Below are positions 29,439 through 39,196 of a stretch of 64,000 nt of DNA, piece by piece. The stretch comes from an uncultured virus (IMG/VR IMGVR_UViG_3300011741_000001) (lineage: Duplodnaviria > Heunggongvirae > Uroviricota > Caudoviricetes). The position numbers and the translations under genes were made by a program. The notes below the pieces were generated by a model, which saw only the letters and a list, made by a program, of their open reading frames with translations, ran no database searches and was not told the DNA's origin. Position 1 is the first letter of the stretch. The number at the start of each line of letters is the position of its first letter. The stretch spans positions 62,001 through 126,000 of the IMG/VR virus record IMGVR_UViG_3300011741_000001. One strand, given 5' to 3'.

Positions 29439-30971
29439 TCACTTAATGTTGTCAGTCAGGATACGCTTCGCAGACCAGTAGCCAATCCACAGCCCGTGAT
29501 ACGCTTTACCGATGTACACCACGGCATATCGGACGTAACGTTCTTGTGGACGCCAGCAGGCAATGTAGAATCGCCCTTCCGGTTCTTTGATGCGGTTGAT
29601 TTCCGTACGTTGTGGCATGTCAATCCCACGGGTGACAATAACCGGAATGGTCTGGTCGGTGCCGGGGATGTTCACGTCAATGTTAAACGAACGGTCAACG
29701 TTACGGTAGAAGTCCTTGGTTGGTTTGCCTTTCTCGTCAAACAGTTTGTCGGTGATGTCATTCAACACCACGTCTTTCTGTTGTAACACCGCTGAGCGCA
29801 GCAAATCAGCCAACTCGTCACGAATCTCCAACCCACGATACGTCAGCAGTGCTGGACGGATAATGCGGCTGATGATCAGGGGCGATCCATCGGGATCGAA
29901 CGTCCAGTTATTGCCGTCTGGCGAGAACGCCATTCGGGCCACTGGAAGCCCGTCCTTCGCGGCTTCAACGAACTTCTTACGCCGTAAAAACTCCCCGTTA
30001 ATGATAGCGATCGGGTCGTAGCGTTTCAGCTGCGGAGTGTCTTCCCACGCCGATGCCGCATGGGCATTCGCAATGAAATAGAGGTTCTCCCACGGCTTAC
30101 GCGCAAACGTCACCGAGAACATCGCTTCGGGTACCATCTTCCCGAGTAACACGATATCGTCTTTGTCTTTGGCATGGTTGCCCGACAGCAGATAATACCA
30201 GTTCTCGTCACCCAGCTTGACTTGCGGGTGCGGTTCGTTCACCTGTAGGTAATGGAAACGTTGTGAGGAAATCGCCGGGAGTTCGGCAATCGGGACGCCG
30301 ACGTCCACCGAGAGTTGTTGCTCGGCTTCGGAACGTGGACCTTCATCGTACGTCCACAGTGGCGCGTACTCGACCGCTTCCACCGTGGCGGACATCGTTG
30401 ACCCTAAACGAGCCATCTGGTCAGCACGGTCATTGCCGTAGCGCCCAGAGTGACCTTTGATTTTAAAGCACTTTGCCGTGCGTCCCGTGGCTTTGAGTTC
30501 CTGCATGATGGCGTGCATCCGCTGCACCAGTTTGAGATTCCCCACCGGCGTGCCATCGGCTTTTGTCCAGCCTTTGCGTGCCCAGTTGACAATCCACTGT
30601 TCCCATGCATTCAACACGTAAGAGGCGTCCAGATGCAGGATGTACTTTTTCGCCTTGAACGGTGCGCCGTCAAACACACTGATAAAGGCGGTGAGTTCAC
30701 CCACATCTGACCACTGGTCTTTCGGTACCGGGATGACGCAGTTCACAAACTCCACGGCCCCTTCGGGCAACTTCGGCAGATCACCCAACGCCAGTGAGTT
30801 GCTGTACTCAGTGCGGGTAATCGCCTCACTCAACCCATCCAGCTGAAACCCGACGGGCGCTGTAAAGTCTTTCTCATTATACAGATAGCCATGTATCCCT
30901 CCACCGGCCCCTTGCGGTTTCTCGGTGCGGCTTCCGTCTGTGTACAATACAGCTACGTCGTATTCTTTCAT
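29439..30971 (-). CDS. rnhA: Ribonuclease HI with long C-terminal extension (phiKZ-type)
   Basis: LYTDGS, GEL.AF, DASYV, W..KGW..ADG.PV.N and IKGHSG.YGNDRADQMA. Confidence 0.88.
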   Translation of the reverse strand: MKEYDVAVLYTDGSRTEKPQGAGGGIHGYLYNEKDFTAPVGFQLDGLSEAITRTEYSNSLALGDLPKLPEGAVEFVNCVIPVPKDQWSDVGELTAFISVFDGAPFKAKKYILHLDASYVLNAWEQWIVNWARKGWTKADGTPVGNLKLVQRMHAIMQELKATGRTAKCFKIKGHSGRYGNDRADQMARLGSTMSATVEAVEYAPLWTYDEGPRSEAEQQLSVDVGVPIAELPAISSQRFHYLQVNEPHPQVKLGDENWYYLLSGNHAKDKDDIVLLGKMVPEAMFSVTFARKPWENLYFIANAHAASAWEDTPQLKRYDPIAIINGEFLRRKKFVEAAKDGLPVARMAFSPDGNNWTFDPDGSPLIISRIIRPALLTYRGLEIRDELADLLRSAVLQQKDVVLNDITDKLFDEKGKPTKDFYRNVDRSFNIDVNIPGTDQTIPVIVTRGIDMPQRTEINRIKEPEGRFYIACWRPQERYVRYAVVYIGKAYHGLWIGYWSAKRILTDNIK

Positions 30972-31675
30972 CAGTTATTTCCTAAGAACTCCGCCGGGAC
31001 GTACTCCCCGGTACGCATTTGTTCATGGGCTTCCAGCATACGCGGGAAACCGTGACGACGCGCCACTAAGGCCAGATGGTACAGGCGGGCGGTCAAATAA
31101 CCCTCACGGGCAGCATCGAACCCGGCATGATGCGCCACGGCATCTTTACCCCGAGTCCAGTTGTGCTCTTCGGCATCCATATTAGCGGTTAACCCGAAGG
31201 CGGCGGCAAAACGTTCGGCTGTGCGGTCAGAATCGTAATTGGTGCTTTTACGGAATTTCCCTTGTGGCACATCACACTGGGCGAAGGCGTTCAGGATAAT
31301 GGGGGCGTGGAACTCCGGCCCTTTCATGGTCAACACCACTTCGTGCTGACCTAAAGAGTCGAGGAACTTCTTGGCGTTCCACAGCGCTTCCGGCATTTTG
31401 GTGGTACCGGAGAACGCTTCAATGCGGGCAGCTTCAGGTGGGGAGCGGTCTTCCTCTTTACCTTCCCACCACCCGATGGTTTGCGGGTCAGTGTGGAAGA
31501 TGGCTTCGGCCTGTGGGTCGTTCGGGTCAATCGTGTTATACGATGCCCCAATCAGACGCAGGGTGGCAATATCATACGCAGCTAAACCCAGAGACAGAAT
31601 ATAAGCATCCGGTCGCACGGACTTGGTTTTCGCTACGCAACCTACAACAATGCTAGGAATTACAACATTTAACAT
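30971..31675 (-). CDS. DEDDh 3'-5' exonuclease-like protein with substituted catalytic residues
   Basis: RPDAYILSLG, T..WW, GPEFH.PI, DRT and HHAGFDA; ATG at 31675 with GGAG RBS. Confidence 0.65.
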   Translation of the reverse strand: MLNVVIPSIVVGCVAKTKSVRPDAYILSLGLAAYDIATLRLIGASYNTIDPNDPQAEAIFHTDPQTIGWWEGKEEDRSPPEAARIEAFSGTTKMPEALWNAKKFLDSLGQHEVVLTMKGPEFHAPIILNAFAQCDVPQGKFRKSTNYDSDRTAERFAAAFGLTANMDAEEHNWTRGKDAVAHHAGFDAAREGYLTARLYHLALVARRHGFPRMLEAHEQMRTGEYVPAEFLGNN

Positions 31676-31765
31676 GATAGTACGCTCCATGGAATATACA
31701 TTAGATTTGTCGGTGATGTAAAATAAAAGATCCCTCCACACCCCGAAGGATGTAGAGGGAACGGC

Positions 31766-32239
31766 TTAGTCTAAACAGCTTTTTCGGTGGTCAGCGTAAT
31801 TCGCCCGGAAGGCTTTACGGTCTGCCCGGTAGTTCGCCAGAATCGCTCGGAACTGATCCGCCAGGTCACGACTGATTTGTTCCGGGGTTCGGGAGTTGCG
31901 GTCTAAGGTCAACCGTTCCGGAATCGGGTGCAAATCAGGGACATCGAACTCTTCACAGATTGGGGCCACCTTCGGCGGATGCCAGCCTTTCGCTTTGGCA
32001 TATTCGTTGAGGTTCCGCGCATACGTGTAAACATAATACGCATAGACGTTCACGTCGATAACATATGTCTCAAACGCTTTCTGATCGTCGTTCCTCATCG
32101 GATACTTCGCCGTGTCAGGTGCAGCATCCATTTGCCGCATCGGCCAACCGTAGTTGTTCGTGCGGACAGGTGGCTGTGGTGTGTTCCCCATGCAACTGGT
32201 GAGCAGCACCACCAGTAGGCAGGCACACAAAGCCTTCAT
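31766..32239 (-). CDS. Lipoprotein, putative o-spanin
   Basis: Signal peptide with lipobox LLTS|C; Pro-rich; directly downstream of the TM/coiled-coil gene. Confidence 0.6.
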   Translation of the reverse strand: MKALCACLLVVLLTSCMGNTPQPPVRTNNYGWPMRQMDAAPDTAKYPMRNDDQKAFETYVIDVNVYAYYVYTYARNLNEYAKAKGWHPPKVAPICEEFDVPDLHPIPERLTLDRNSRTPEQISRDLADQFRAILANYRADRKAFRANYADHRKSCLD

Positions 32240-32242
32240 GAT

Positions 32243-32731
32243 TTAATCCCCGTTCAAGTGTTCAATAATGGATTGACGAAAGTTGTTGGTCTCGGTAATC
32301 CCCACGGGCCTCCGTGCCACTTCCCGCTTCTTTGCTGGGGCCGCTTCAGCATGAACCGGTACCTCTGGCGCGACAACGGGAGGGGCTGGCATCGGTTGCC
32401 CAGTGGTGGTATTTTTCGAGCCATCATATGGCGGTCGGCCTAAGGCTTCAAACAACTGTTTGTAGAGGTCCCGAATCTGGTCGGCTTGTTTATCCGACAA
32501 ATCCTTCTTCTCTTTGAAGCCTTGCTCCATATAACGGTCGTGTTCTCGTACGCTGACCAGAATATGATATTGCTGGATATACATGTACGAGACGAAACCG
32601 CCATACACGAGTAACAGGACGAATGCTAGTGATGTAATCTTTGCAGCGCGGGTTACCCTCTCACCATCACCTGGTTTAAAGACTTCCAGCAACAGCTGCA
32701 AAAAAGGCAGAAGTTTTATCAGTGATGCCAT
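32243..32731 (-). CDS. Membrane protein, putative i-spanin
   Basis: TM segment ITSLAFVLLLVYGGFVSYMY followed by a helical region and Pro-rich tail. Confidence 0.5.
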   Translation of the reverse strand: MASLIKLLPFLQLLLEVFKPGDGERVTRAAKITSLAFVLLLVYGGFVSYMYIQQYHILVSVREHDRYMEQGFKEKKDLSDKQADQIRDLYKQLFEALGRPPYDGSKNTTTGQPMPAPPVVAPEVPVHAEAAPAKKREVARRPVGITETNNFRQSIIEHLNGD

Positions 32732-32755
32732 TGCTCACCTCGGAGTTTTCTTATA

Positions 32756-34117
32756 ATGAGTTTAGATATTCAAGGTTTCATTGAAATCGCCGCGTTGATC
32801 GACAACAACGACGGTAAGACAGCGCCCGTGGGTGAGCTGTCAGAACAATCTCAGTCCTTCGCCCGTAACCGCCAGATCTTCACCAAACAGAATTTAACGG
32901 TGGAGTTGGTCGCCTTTACGGTGAAGCGAGATAAAGCAACGGTCGTATTACCTGCGGCCTTTTCAGACCATGTCTTAACTGTGAGTCAATGGATTTACTC
33001 CCAGGCCATTCTCGACAACTTCAAAAATGATGAAGTTGAATTCCAGCGCCTATTGTTGGCCCAGTTCAGCACGACAGTCTCCGGTGTTTCCACCGGGGCA
33101 ATGATTCAGTCGGCTGGTAGCTGGTTCCCACGTTGGCTAAGCTGGAAGTTTGAGACAACGGCCGCCGTCGCTGGAAATGCCAGTGACGTCGACAACGAAA
33201 TCCTGTTATGGTTCGCTGATGAGGATTTCAACCAGGACTACACCGGATGTGAAATCTATCCCGTGATGCCCATCCTGCCGGTTGATACCTTTATGGGGGT
33301 CAAATCGGTGGTCGCCAAGGCAATGGAAGCGTTCAATTTGCCTGACCACGATGTCGCTGCTGAAGCACGTGCGGCGGGTTACCCCTACACCACACGCGTG
33401 ACCCATAATTATACATGGCACGATCGTGAAGACTACGATGCAACGTTGGTGGTCCCGATCTCACTACTCATCTATGGTCGCGCGGGAATGAACCCGACGA
33501 AACAGAAAGAAGCGTTACGCGATTATATCCTCGCGAACTCTGACTATCTGACGCCGGACTGGGTGAAGGTGTTTCCTGAAATCTTCACCACGACCAAGTT
33601 CACGTTCGTGCCGGGTTGGAGCCTCCGAGGAGTCCCCAATCAGGAAGACGTCGCGGCGCTTTACTCGCCGTTTGTCCCATATGAATTTCTCGTCAGTGCG
33701 GTAGACGTTTTTGGGACATGGGGCGAGCAGACAGTCGCTCAAAAAAATAATACCAACACACCAACGACTGACGTGCAGTTCATGCCGTCAATTTACAAAT
33801 CGTTGGCCGGGATTGTGATTGCCGGGCCGGAGAACGCCATCGACAAAGACACCATGAACAAAGTGGTGCCGGACTACGCGCTGATTGCGACCACCAACGC
33901 AGACATCGCGAGGCTGTCGAAGTCCACCACCGACTGGCTGGTATTGTTCTTTGCCTGTCTGGTTGCCGCGGAAGAGTATAATCCGCACGGTAGCAATCTG
34001 AACATCGTTAAATTGGTGGATGACGCCAACCCGGAGATTTACTACTGGGTGTTCGAATACGACAACGTTGAGTTCCGTGTGGTGGCCCGTGGGTCTAACT
34101 GGCAGGCAGCAGCATAA
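32756..34117 (+). CDS. Virion structural protein (phiKZ-like conserved)
   Basis: 453 aa; APVGELS and W..VFPEIF motifs recalled from phiKZ-like structural proteins. Confidence 0.6.
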   Translation: MSLDIQGFIEIAALIDNNDGKTAPVGELSEQSQSFARNRQIFTKQNLTVELVAFTVKRDKATVVLPAAFSDHVLTVSQWIYSQAILDNFKNDEVEFQRLLLAQFSTTVSGVSTGAMIQSAGSWFPRWLSWKFETTAAVAGNASDVDNEILLWFADEDFNQDYTGCEIYPVMPILPVDTFMGVKSVVAKAMEAFNLPDHDVAAEARAAGYPYTTRVTHNYTWHDREDYDATLVVPISLLIYGRAGMNPTKQKEALRDYILANSDYLTPDWVKVFPEIFTTTKFTFVPGWSLRGVPNQEDVAALYSPFVPYEFLVSAVDVFGTWGEQTVAQKNNTNTPTTDVQFMPSIYKSLAGIVIAGPENAIDKDTMNKVVPDYALIATTNADIARLSKSTTDWLVLFFACLVAAEEYNPHGSNLNIVKLVDDANPEIYYWVFEYDNVEFRVVARGSNWQAAA

Positions 34118-34128
34118 AGGAGGGATAA

Positions 34129-34758
34129 ATGGCCCGTATTCCATTAACACCTCCGATTAACGCCGAAGGCTTGTTCAAAGTCAATGCCCCGTTCGTCATA
34201 CCGGAAAACGTTATCTTCCACGTTGACGCGGTACGCACGTTCCCGGACATTGTACGTAAAGACCGTATCGATCCGTTTGCCACGTACTACGCCCCGGTCG
34301 GATTAACGGATTCGGTGTACGCAGAAGACGCGACCGCCGGTGCCTCGATTGTTACCCTGAAGTCCAAAGACGGACAAATCCTCGATATCCCCAACACCTA
34401 CATTCAATCCTATCCGGGTGCGAACGGGGTGGCCTACGTGCGTAACGTCCTGATTCTGGACTTGGCACTGGTACCGGATTACGTGGACGTGTCTGTAGTA
34501 AAAGACGATGTGTCAGATGTGGTCAGACGCTTGGTGGGTGTTGACACCGGTGCCGAGATTACCACGCTGGCGTATGAAGGGGTGGTGACCGATGCCAACC
34601 ACTTGCAGATGGAAGCGGTACGTAAGTCGGTGATTCGGGAAGCCATTCCGTTATCGGAACAGGTTACCACCCTCACCGCCCGTAATGCGGAACTGCAAGC
34701 GTTGGTTGACCAGCTCCAAACCGTGTTAGCTGCGGTGCAGGAACAGGCAAACCCGTAA
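34129..34758 (+). CDS. Probable virion structural protein
   Basis: 209 aa; AGGAGG RBS; C-terminal coiled coil. Confidence 0.6.
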   Translation: MARIPLTPPINAEGLFKVNAPFVIPENVIFHVDAVRTFPDIVRKDRIDPFATYYAPVGLTDSVYAEDATAGASIVTLKSKDGQILDIPNTYIQSYPGANGVAYVRNVLILDLALVPDYVDVSVVKDDVSDVVRRLVGVDTGAEITTLAYEGVVTDANHLQMEAVRKSVIREAIPLSEQVTTLTARNAELQALVDQLQTVLAAVQEQANP

Positions 34759-34760
34759 GC

Positions 34761-34820
34761 AAAAAAAAAGAAGGCCCTCACTCCCGCTAAGGAGTGAGGA
34801 ACCTTTATTTTTATTTGTTT
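34761..34820. terminator. Bidirectional intrinsic terminator
   Basis: A-run, CCTCACTCC...GGAGTGAGG, T-rich tail. Confidence 0.75.
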
Positions 34821-34867
34821 TCATTACTGGTGATACAAGTCAACCTAAAAAAGAAAGCGATGTTATT

Positions 34868-35128
34868 TTAATCGCCAGCGCGGCGGCGAGGGTAACGGAC
34901 TTTGTCATCAAGGTGCATGTACCAGTCCGCAATCACTGCCGAGATAATTGGTGAACACATCACCAGATACACCTGCCACCATGCCAGCAAGCGAGCACGG
35001 TCTAATTCGGTGTAATGCGCTAACGTCAGATAGATCATTCCCGAGTAAAGAAACTGGCCGAAGAATGACAGGGCAACCACTAACCACGTATACAACACTG
35101 CCTGCTCCAGACCTTGTGCGGTGTTCAT
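34868..35128 (-). CDS. Small two-TM membrane protein
   Basis: Two hydrophobic segments and a basic C-terminus; ATGA-coupled. Confidence 0.6.
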   Translation of the reverse strand: MNTAQGLEQAVLYTWLVVALSFFGQFLYSGMIYLTLAHYTELDRARLLAWWQVYLVMCSPIISAVIADWYMHLDDKVRYPRRRAGD

Positions 35129-35385
35129 TTTCTCACCTTTGTCAAATACCACCTATGGAGACGTTTAAGGTTCAACGCTGCAATCCATAGCCCCGCAGAG
35201 TGTAACAAGATAAAAACCACCATGCGGTGTTCAACCCCAAACAGGTAATACAACACCTGTGTAACAACATACGCGGTGACAAGTACGATTGCGTAACTTA
35301 TCGTTGCAAACTGAAACCAGAGGTTTCGTTCACACCACGCTTCCAGCTCCTGTATTGCTTTTTTAATGGGCACAGTCGACTCCAT
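35125..35385 (-). CDS. Small two-TM membrane protein (holin candidate)
   Basis: Two hydrophobic segments and basic tail KRLHRWYLTKVRK. Confidence 0.5.
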   Translation of the reverse strand: MESTVPIKKAIQELEAWCERNLWFQFATISYAIVLVTAYVVTQVLYYLFGVEHRMVVFILLHSAGLWIAALNLKRLHRWYLTKVRK

Positions 35386-35431
35386 TCAAACAAAAGGCCG
35401 CCAGACCGAAGTCTGGCGACACCAAAGGCAA

Positions 35432-35959
35432 TCAGATGAGGGGTTGGTTCGGGATAACCTGATATTCCAGAACGAACACATGGTCTTTTGCTTCGTCGCT
35501 GCGCCACACTTTGTGGGTCAGCATCAGCTTCTCCAGAATGGTCAGGAAGCTACGCTGGGCGTATTCCGACTGGCCGAAGAACAGCTCCTGCAACGCAACC
35601 GTCGCATCCATGTACGCTGAGGTGAATTTCAGCTCGGGGTCGTACGCGGCTTTTGGTAACCACATCAGGACATGACCGCCATCGGTTTCATCCACCTGTG
35701 GGCGCAAACCGCAAATCCACAGCAGGGCGAGGTTGGAGTTCCAGTCGAACTCCGTCATCTCTTCTTCATCATCCCCGAACGCGGTCGGGAACGCATCGTA
35801 GAAGTTATGGCGTTCGGCAAACTCGGTGTCGAAATCGTCACCGGTCTCGTCACCTTCCTGCTTCACACGCGGTTGCTTGACCACGGTGTAAATGTCTTTG
35901 GCGGTTTCTTGCGCGGCTACACACAGCTTAGGATACCACGGTTGTTCAACGATGTTCAT
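35432..35959 (-). CDS. Hypothetical acidic protein
   Basis: 175 aa; AAGGAG RBS. Confidence 0.7.
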   Translation of the reverse strand: MNIVEQPWYPKLCVAAQETAKDIYTVVKQPRVKQEGDETGDDFDTEFAERHNFYDAFPTAFGDDEEEMTEFDWNSNLALLWICGLRPQVDETDGGHVLMWLPKAAYDPELKFTSAYMDATVALQELFFGQSEYAQRSFLTILEKLMLTHKVWRSDEAKDHVFVLEYQVIPNQPLI

Positions 35960-35968
35960 TAAAACTCC

Positions 35969-36670
35969 TTACAGGGGCTTGGTTCGAGAAATAGCAGCAT
36001 AGGTGTCAGGGTCACCCTTTGGTACCGCGGTACCGTAGAGCGAACCCCAGATGGCTTGTAAATCGTTTAAATTGTTGGGCTTCGCAAAAGCCAACTGCAC
36101 GGACTTCTTCGCTGGTTTCTTCACAGCAGGAGTAAGGTCAGCGTAGAACGCTGCTGCGCGGCGGTATTCCGCGATAGTGCCGTTGCGTTTGCGGTGTTTT
36201 CCTTTTTTGATTAATGACGCAGCCGTCCGGGGCCCGTATTTGTAGCCGAGGTAAATCTCACCGTTGCTCACAGGGCGACGCAGGGCGGTGGTCATTTCAT
36301 CTTTGATGTCCGAGAGATAAGCCGCACCCAGTTTCAGACTGATGCGCGGATTGTGTAAATCAGCGTTGCGGGCAATCCCCAACTCTTTCCCGTGTTTCTC
36401 AATCATCGCCGCAGCGGTACCCTTTAACATCTGCATGGTGCCCGTGGCAGTGCTGTGTGGGTTCTTCGCGGTGGCTTTGAAACGGGACTCTTTATAGATG
36501 GCCGTCGTCAGCAGCACCGGGTCCACATTCTGGCGTCGGGCGACTTCCAGAATCATCGGTTGGATACGCTCAAAGCGTGGCTGCAGGTGGTCATCGAATT
36601 CGGTCTGATACGAGGCACTGGCAGTAAACGTCACAGCGCTCAACAGGATTACTAATGCGTACTTGAACAT
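35969..36670 (-). CDS. Lytic transglycosylase (SLT) with N-terminal signal peptide, putative endolysin
   Basis: MFKYALVILLSAVTFTASA signal; YKESRF, STATGTMQML and EIYLGYKYG motifs. Confidence 0.8.
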   Translation of the reverse strand: MFKYALVILLSAVTFTASASYQTEFDDHLQPRFERIQPMILEVARRQNVDPVLLTTAIYKESRFKATAKNPHSTATGTMQMLKGTAAAMIEKHGKELGIARNADLHNPRISLKLGAAYLSDIKDEMTTALRRPVSNGEIYLGYKYGPRTAASLIKKGKHRKRNGTIAEYRRAAAFYADLTPAVKKPAKKSVQLAFAKPNNLNDLQAIWGSLYGTAVPKGDPDTYAAISRTKPL

Positions 36671-36779
36671 GGGTTTCTCCAGATGGATATAATTCGTTTC
36701 CGTTTTACGAAAGTGTTAAACGGCGCGGCCAGCTAATTCACTCCTTAGTGATAGTCCAAGCTGATAAAATCTATTTGAG

Positions 36780-37277
36780 TTATTTTAGGCGCAGGGCCTT
36801 TTCTGCTTCACGCAGCAGCCGCGTAGGAAGATAGATTGCGTAGTGTTCTTTCACTCCATTCAGAATCTGGTACAACGCATGATAGATTTCATTCCGGTCA
36901 TGCCAACCCAGCCAGCCATTAGCCATCCCCAGTGGAGGCAGTGCGATACCCCCTTCCAGCTCGTGTGCGTCGACTTCGTAAGCGAGCGACTCCAGCCCCG
37001 AGGTTACATAAGACACGTCTGAGGGGTATTTAAAGTGTGTTTTCGTGGGCAGTAAAATGACGCACTCATCGAGATAAACGTCGACTTGCCCAATACGTAC
37101 TAAGTCCTGACGGCAGGCCGCCCGGTATCCATTATAGAGCTGTGTATAGCGATTACGGCATTCTAATGCAATGCCTTTGCCCATTGCTCCGACACAGTTG
37201 ACGGTCACAACCTTGTAGCGCTCAGGCGCGTTAAACAGATTACTACCTATTGTCAGCTCATCGTGCAATGTTAACAT
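36780..37277 (-). CDS. Macrodomain protein, DarG/Poa1p-like ADP-ribosylglycohydrolase
   Basis: VNCVGAMGKGIA, LPTK.H and IALPPLG..NG.L. Confidence 0.8.
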   Translation of the reverse strand: MLTLHDELTIGSNLFNAPERYKVVTVNCVGAMGKGIALECRNRYTQLYNGYRAACRQDLVRIGQVDVYLDECVILLPTKTHFKYPSDVSYVTSGLESLAYEVDAHELEGGIALPPLGMANGWLGWHDRNEIYHALYQILNGVKEHYAIYLPTRLLREAEKALRLK

Positions 37278-37358
37278 TATTCTTTCTCTTGTTCTTTCAT
37301 CTTCTTCAGAAGACGGTTAGCGTATCTCGCGACAATCAGACTGAGATGCTGCTTTTGT

Positions 37359-37595
37359 TCAAGCGTCACTGTGCAACACCAGTTTGGACCAGCGATCAGC
37401 AAAGTCACTGATACCTGGTGCACGCCAGTGCGGTACAACCATGTCTTCTATCGGGGGCAGTGTTAATAACTGCGCTTGTGCGGCTTCACGCCATTCCGGG
37501 GACGGTTCAAAGCACAGTCCAAATAAACTGCCGTCGTCGTTAAACAGTTCGGTAATGTCGTCGTTGGGCAATGGCCCAATGCTCAAAATATTCAT
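37359..37595 (-). CDS. Hypothetical protein
   Basis: 78 aa; TAATG-coupled. Confidence 0.6.
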   Translation of the reverse strand: MNILSIGPLPNDDITELFNDDGSLFGLCFEPSPEWREAAQAQLLTLPPIEDMVVPHWRAPGISDFADRWSKLVLHSDA

Positions 37596-37852
37596 TACTC
37601 TGGCTCCTCGGTTTCGATAGTGATTTGTACTGGGGCCCGTCTGCCCTTGCCGTAGAAACGCATCACTGTGGCGTTATCTTCGACCCGCACGCTGCATTGC
37701 GTGTAACCGTGCTCAGCCATCCGTCTCTCAATGTCGATCTCGAGAGCCGTTGTGGCGGCGTAGGCTAAGTCTGGTTGTTTCTTCTCCTCTTTCATTCCGG
37801 GAAAGAAAGGCCGGAGTAATCTGTCCAGCCAATCCCCTTTCTCATCCACCAC
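37595..37852 (-). CDS. Hypothetical protein
   Basis: 85 aa within the operon. Confidence 0.55.
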   Translation of the reverse strand: MVDEKGDWLDRLLRPFFPGMKEEKKQPDLAYAATTALEIDIERRMAEHGYTQCSVRVEDNATVMRFYGKGRRAPVQITIETEEPE

Positions 37853-38250
37853 TATCTATTCCTTTTTTGCCAGCTCGCAAAGACGGCATCCAAGCCTTCG
37901 TGTGGAACCGCCTTGCGATTCATGAGTTCAATCACATGCATGACCTGAAGGCGTTGGTGGTCATGCGCAAAGTCGTCCCAGACTTTCTCGATATCGACCT
38001 TCGCCCACTGAAGCATATACGCCTCACGCCAGACCGAGTTCAATATCCAGTCTGTGCGCAGGTTATCGGTCTCGTAAACAAAACGCTGACCGATGATAAT
38101 GGCCAGTTCACTGACATCGGTGTTTGGGGCACCGCAGTGTTGACGCATACCACAACGTGCCCATTGACGCATGCCAACGTTGAAGTCGGAGTCGTCGGTA
38201 CCGAACACGCTCAAGCCATACTGTTTCCAGTGGGGAATGTCTTTATCCAT
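37852..38250 (-). CDS. Hypothetical protein
   Basis: 132 aa within the operon. Confidence 0.6.
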   Translation of the reverse strand: MDKDIPHWKQYGLSVFGTDDSDFNVGMRQWARCGMRQHCGAPNTDVSELAIIIGQRFVYETDNLRTDWILNSVWREAYMLQWAKVDIEKVWDDFAHDHQRLQVMHVIELMNRKAVPHEGLDAVFASWQKRNR

Positions 38251-38253
38251 AAC

Positions 38254-38511
38254 TTATCCAAATACGTTGTGTGTGTGCCAGTTGTTTCTTTTTAGTTTAT
38301 GTCGTACAGCCGGAAGATTATAAATGATGGCGGCAGCGAGTGACTTCAAAGGCCATTCAACATGACCGATAGTACCCACGTTGCAAAAACGGGTGCCATC
38401 CTTTTCGAAAAAAGAAACCAATAGATTGTGACGTTTGGTCGGTTCAGGCGGCTGCCAGCTCAGTTGGATTGGGCAACGGTAGCCTTTCGACTTGTGCAGG
38501 TTTTCTGGCAT
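38254..38511 (-). CDS. Hypothetical protein
   Basis: 85 aa; AAGGAG RBS. Confidence 0.55.
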   Translation of the reverse strand: MPENLHKSKGYRCPIQLSWQPPEPTKRHNLLVSFFEKDGTRFCNVGTIGHVEWPLKSLAAAIIYNLPAVRHKLKRNNWHTHNVFG

Positions 38512-38694
38512 CGAGAAACTCCTTCAGGAAAGGAGCCGCACGGCTGTACTCGTTCCAGCAGACGTCGGTGTTCAACCCGCTGGATTTGGTCAGGGCGGCA
38601 ATTTGGCGTTTTAACATAAAAAGCTTCCTTCACGTAAAAAGAGCGACATTACTCTCAGAGTAATAGGCCCTTCACGTAAAGGAAGCTGAATAGT

Positions 38695-39183
38695 TTACTG
38701 CGCGACGGCACTAGGCTCGTCGTTTGACACTTTGGCGTTCTTAACCGGCAGGTCGATATGCATCCACTCGCCGTCTTCTTTGCAATTGAAACCCATTGCT
38801 TTAAAGAGCTGAACACCGAGGTAGTTCTGACCGTACACGCACCCGACAATCTGGGTGTGAGCTTCATTATCCACAAGCTGGGACAGAATGTTCGTCATCA
38901 CGTACTTACGACGATGAGCTTCTGACACAAACAGACTGCGGATTTTCATGATACCTTTGATAACCCGATAGAAACAGAAACCTATCGGATTCTGCGCGCT
39001 GTCAAGAGCCACAGCGCAGCGATTACCCGCGAATAAAATGTCGAGGGTGAGATCCGGAATGGCACAATCCGTGTTCAGGATCATTCGTTGGTAGTTTAGG
39101 AATTTATAATTAAGGGCGAGCAACTGCTTTTGCTGTGAGTCTGACAAGGATTTCGTACTCGTCAAAATGTGTATATCGGTCAT
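38695..39183 (-). CDS. GNAT-family acetyltransferase
   Basis: IGFCFY..IRSLFVSEAHRRKYV..NYLGVQLFKAMGF; ATG at 39183. Confidence 0.8.
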   Translation of the reverse strand: MTDIHILTSTKSLSDSQQKQLLALNYKFLNYQRMILNTDCAIPDLTLDILFAGNRCAVALDSAQNPIGFCFYRVIKGIMKIRSLFVSEAHRRKYVMTNILSQLVDNEAHTQIVGCVYGQNYLGVQLFKAMGFNCKEDGEWMHIDLPVKNAKVSNDEPSAVAQ

Positions 39184-39196
39184 CTTGGTAAATTTC

